Assembly (NCBI RefSeq): GCF_046119375.1
Contig: NW_027362764.1
Location: 520,118,001-520,182,000, forward strand
From: Phyllobates terribilis
Lineage: Eukaryota
Reading direction: 5' to 3'
Length of the DNA: 64,000 nucleotides
The notes beneath the pieces were generated by a model. The model was not told the origin of the DNA. It saw nothing but the letters and a program-made list of their open reading frames with translations, and made no database searches. The position numbers were made by a program, and so were the translations under genes. Positions 60,860 through 64,000 of the stretch are shown here, one piece after another (positions within the stretch are counted from its first letter, which is position 1; each line of letters starts with the position of its first letter).

Positions 60860-62690
60860 GTAATTAGATACTCTCGTTGGATGCTGAGAAAGCATTCCAT
60901 AGAGTCTCCTGGCACGCCATATATGATTCTCTTAAAAAGCTTGGGGTAGGGGTCTAGGGGACCCTTTTATAGCCAAAATCACGGCCCTGTATCACAATAC
61001 GTCACCTAGGCTGAAGATAAATGGAACTGTAGCACCCTGAGGGCTCGGTTGCTACAGAGGTATTGCACCTCACCCAGAGGTGCGATATCTCACTCTCAGG
61101 TAAGGATGGAGTGTGGATCAGGACCCGACACCTGCATGCATTACACCACATTGCCGTGGGGCAGGGCGACCAATATGCCTCTGAGATGGGCACGACAGTC
61201 CCTGTCTCTGGCTGGAATGGGGGGAGGGAACACTGAGGAAGGGGAACCCTGTAGTGCAGGAGCAGGGAGGAAGCAGTTCCTGGGTGCATTGAGAAGGGAG
61301 TATAAAAGGTGGGCACCATCTTAGTTCAGTGCAGAGAAGTCTGAGCAGAAGTGGCAGGGAGCAGGGGCTCTGCATGAGCTCTGCTCCGGAGGCGGGCCAA
61401 GTAACAGAGGCCCAGGCCTGGAAGAGGGAGAAGGAAGGAAGAGGAGCGGAGAAGGCTCCAGGAACGAGGAACGAAGGGATCCCAGGGGTGCGGACGGGCG
61501 AGTCGCCACCGCACGCCCGAATCCACCTGCGTGGAGGGGTCAGGCCAAAGGGGGAGACCGGTCCCCGAAACTAGTGGAGGCAGGAAACGACCCTCAGCTA
61601 GAAACCGGAGGCTGTGACATTTTATGTGGCGCAGCCCCTCGCTACACCCGCTAGGAAGGCACCACATAGGGTCAGGGAAACTGGCACCAAGTTTACCAAG
61701 AGGAGGCCCGAGGCAGCCGGACCGAAGGGTTGGTAAGAAAGGCCAGACAAAGGACACACAAAGGGGGTCCTGTGAAGCGCTCCAAAGTTATCTGGGAGTT
61801 GTCTGAGCCCCTCACCTGGTGAGCACAGTACGACGTGGGCAGCCGTTACCTGCAGACGTGGTCTGGATAATAAGAACTGTGAGTAAAGGCCCTGGACTGC
61901 ATCACTGACTCAGTGTCGTTACTGCTGCTGCCCTGCACCATCACCCCCATCCTCCGCATACACTGCCCTGAGGCTATACTCCTCCCGTGGGGAGTTATTC
62001 TATGCTCTGCTGCACCCACAACACCAGCCTCAGCGGTCTGCCCTGCAGCGGCGGTTCACTCTGACCGCAATCCACGGGTGGCGTAGTCGGACATTTAAAC
62101 ATCAAAACCACATAAATAGTTCCGCCACTGGTTTGACCACCCTGAGCCACGGAACCGGGTCGCCGCCACGAAGACTACAACCACCAGCATCCACCAAAAA
62201 GGGTCCGGCTCCGGGTGTCCCAAGGCCCAGGGGGTGCATCAGAACATTTTCATCACCTTTCACAATCGCCAATGGGACAAGGCAGGGATGTCCTCTGTCC
62301 CCTCTCTTATACATCCTAGTGACGGAGCACCTGCTCTAATCAATTCGCCATAACCCCAATATTAGGTGGATTGAGGTGGGAGGCACCGAGTACAAGTGCT
62401 CTCTATTTGCTGATGATGTCCTAGTATATATCACTCAATCACATATATCCATCCATGCTGTTATGGCTGAAATAGATCACTTTGTTACATGGTCAAATTT
62501 TAAAATCAATGCAGCGAAGTCTGAGGCCCTCGATGTCTCCCTCCCCAAATCCATATAGGATTCCATCCAGTCCAACTTTCCCTTTGCCTGGCCCTCACAG
62601 GGTATCAAATACTTAGGAATTCCTATTCATAGAGACCTCTCCCATCTATGTTATCTTAATTTTGGGCCCTTTATTGAACAACTCCATACA
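60860..62690 (+). mobile_element. Decayed L1-clade LINE RT fragment, split by a solo LTR
   Basis: LSLDAEKAFHRVSW (~60870-60915), NGTRQGCPLSPLL, LFADDVLVY, KINAAKSE, IKYLGI, with stop codons. Confidence 0.88.
61028..62241 (+). mobile_element. Solo LTR (1214 bp)
   Basis: TGTAGCACCC...GGGTGCATCA inverted ends, 4-bp TSD GAAC (61024-27, 62242-45), internal TATAAAA near 61300. Confidence 0.88.
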
Positions 62691-62763
62691 GACCACGGTT
62701 GGCAAGTTAGAACTGTAAGATTCACTATGTGAACCAATGGTGTTTTGTGGAAAAGCACATGTA

Positions 62764-64000
62764 CACTGTGTTCCAAATTATTATGCAAAAAGTGTTATGG
62801 AGTGATAAGGGAAGAATTTGTTTGTTTGTGAGTTAAACTCATTGATGGTGATGTGTGTCAGGGCTCTTTATATCACTGTAAGCAATTGCAGACACCTGTG
62901 CTAATTAGTTTGGCAGGTGTGTCCAATGAAAGGCAAGACTACTTAAGAAGGCTGTCTCACATTATTAAGCAGCCTACATTTTCTGCCAAAATGGGAAAGA
63001 AAAAGGATGTGTCGGCTGCTGAGAAGCAACAAATTGTGGAGTGTTTAGGTCAAGGCATGACTACAATCAACATTGTGCGATGATCAGGATGAAGTGTCTT
63101 GGCAATCAAGAAGTATGTAGCTGATTCACAGTACACACGTGTGCGTGATTGATAAGGGCAAATTGAGGACTCTTTCCTACAGGCAATTACGTCAGGTTAA
63201 AAGAGCAGCGGCAAAAAAGCCTTGTCATAGCAGCAGACAAGTTTTTGAAGCTGCTGGTGCCTCCAACGTCCCCCGAACAACAAGATGCAGGGTCCTTCAG
63301 AGGTTTGCAGCTGTGCATACGCCATCCTGTCGACCTCCTCTATCCACTTCACACAAGCAGAAATGGCTCCAGTGGGCCAAACATTACATGAAGACTGATT
63401 TCAAAACTGTTTTGTTCACGGATGAGTGCCGTGCAGTGCTCGATGGTCCAGATGGATGGAGTGGAGGATGGCTGGTTGATGGACACCCCACGCAAACACG
63501 GCTACAGCGCCAACAAGGAGGAGGTGGAGTAATGTTTTGGGCTGGAATCATGGGGAGAGAGATTGTCGGCCCCTTTAGGATCCCTGAAGGCGCTAAAGAT
63601 GAACTCCATAATGTATGTGGATTTTCTCAAACAGCACTTCCTGCCATGGTTCAAGAAGAAGAACCGTGTATTTCACAGCAAGATCATTTTTTTGCATGAT
63701 AATGCACCATCTCATGCTGCACATAAAACATCTGCATCTCTGGCTGATATGGGCATAAAAGGGGACAAACTTATGGTGTGACGCCCATGCTCCCCTGACC
63801 TCTACCCCATTCAGAACCTCTGGAGCATCATCAAAAGGAGTGTCTATGATGGCGGGAGGCAGTTCACATCTAAGCAACAGCTCTGGGAGGGTATTCTGTC
63901 CTCATGCAAAACAATTGAAGCAGAAACCATCCAAAACCTGACAAATTCAATGGACGAGAGAGTTCAGAAGCTCCTTTCGAACAAGGGGTCCTATGTGAAA
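62764..64000 (+). mobile_element. DD37E (TRT-type) Tc1-like element, inactivated, runs off the window
   Basis: TA|CACTGTGTTCCAAATTATTATGC start, ATG at 62991, FTDECRAVLDGPDGW motif. 37 residues lie between the second D and the E position (Q here). Frameshifts and stops. Confidence 0.88.

Overview
Eukaryotic genomic DNA, most likely an anuran amphibian. This is inferred from the repeat families and a vertebrate-type 18S fragment and cannot be proven without a search. The window is almost entirely transposable elements, often nested, and no host gene could be identified. Main contents: (1) two near-complete Ty3/gypsy chromoviruses of the sushi/Tf1 group (1164-7486 and 53742-58644) plus older relatives and solo LTRs; (2) a near-complete Neptune-type Penelope-like element (18148-25561) with two ~2.1-2.3 kb pseudo-LTRs, hammerhead ribozyme motifs and a retained intron; (3) seven Tc1-family copies (DD34E where the triad is readable, one DD38E, one DD37E/TRT), one with an intact transposase ORF and three inserted in the same 30-bp minisatellite; (4) piggyBac-, hAT-, Tc2- and T2-like non-autonomous elements, a ~900-bp nested palindrome, a tRNA-Ser-primed non-autonomous LTR element, an L1 fragment and an 18S rRNA fragment. 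Best leads: a candidate antisense, spliced, ORF0-like transcription unit inside the Penelope pseudo-LTRs; covarying tRNA-independent self-priming signals in three chromovirus families; a variant-core dimeric hammerhead; a flip/flop double-hairpin palindrome; and an apparently intact Tc1 transposase. All coordinates and mismatch counts were read by eye.
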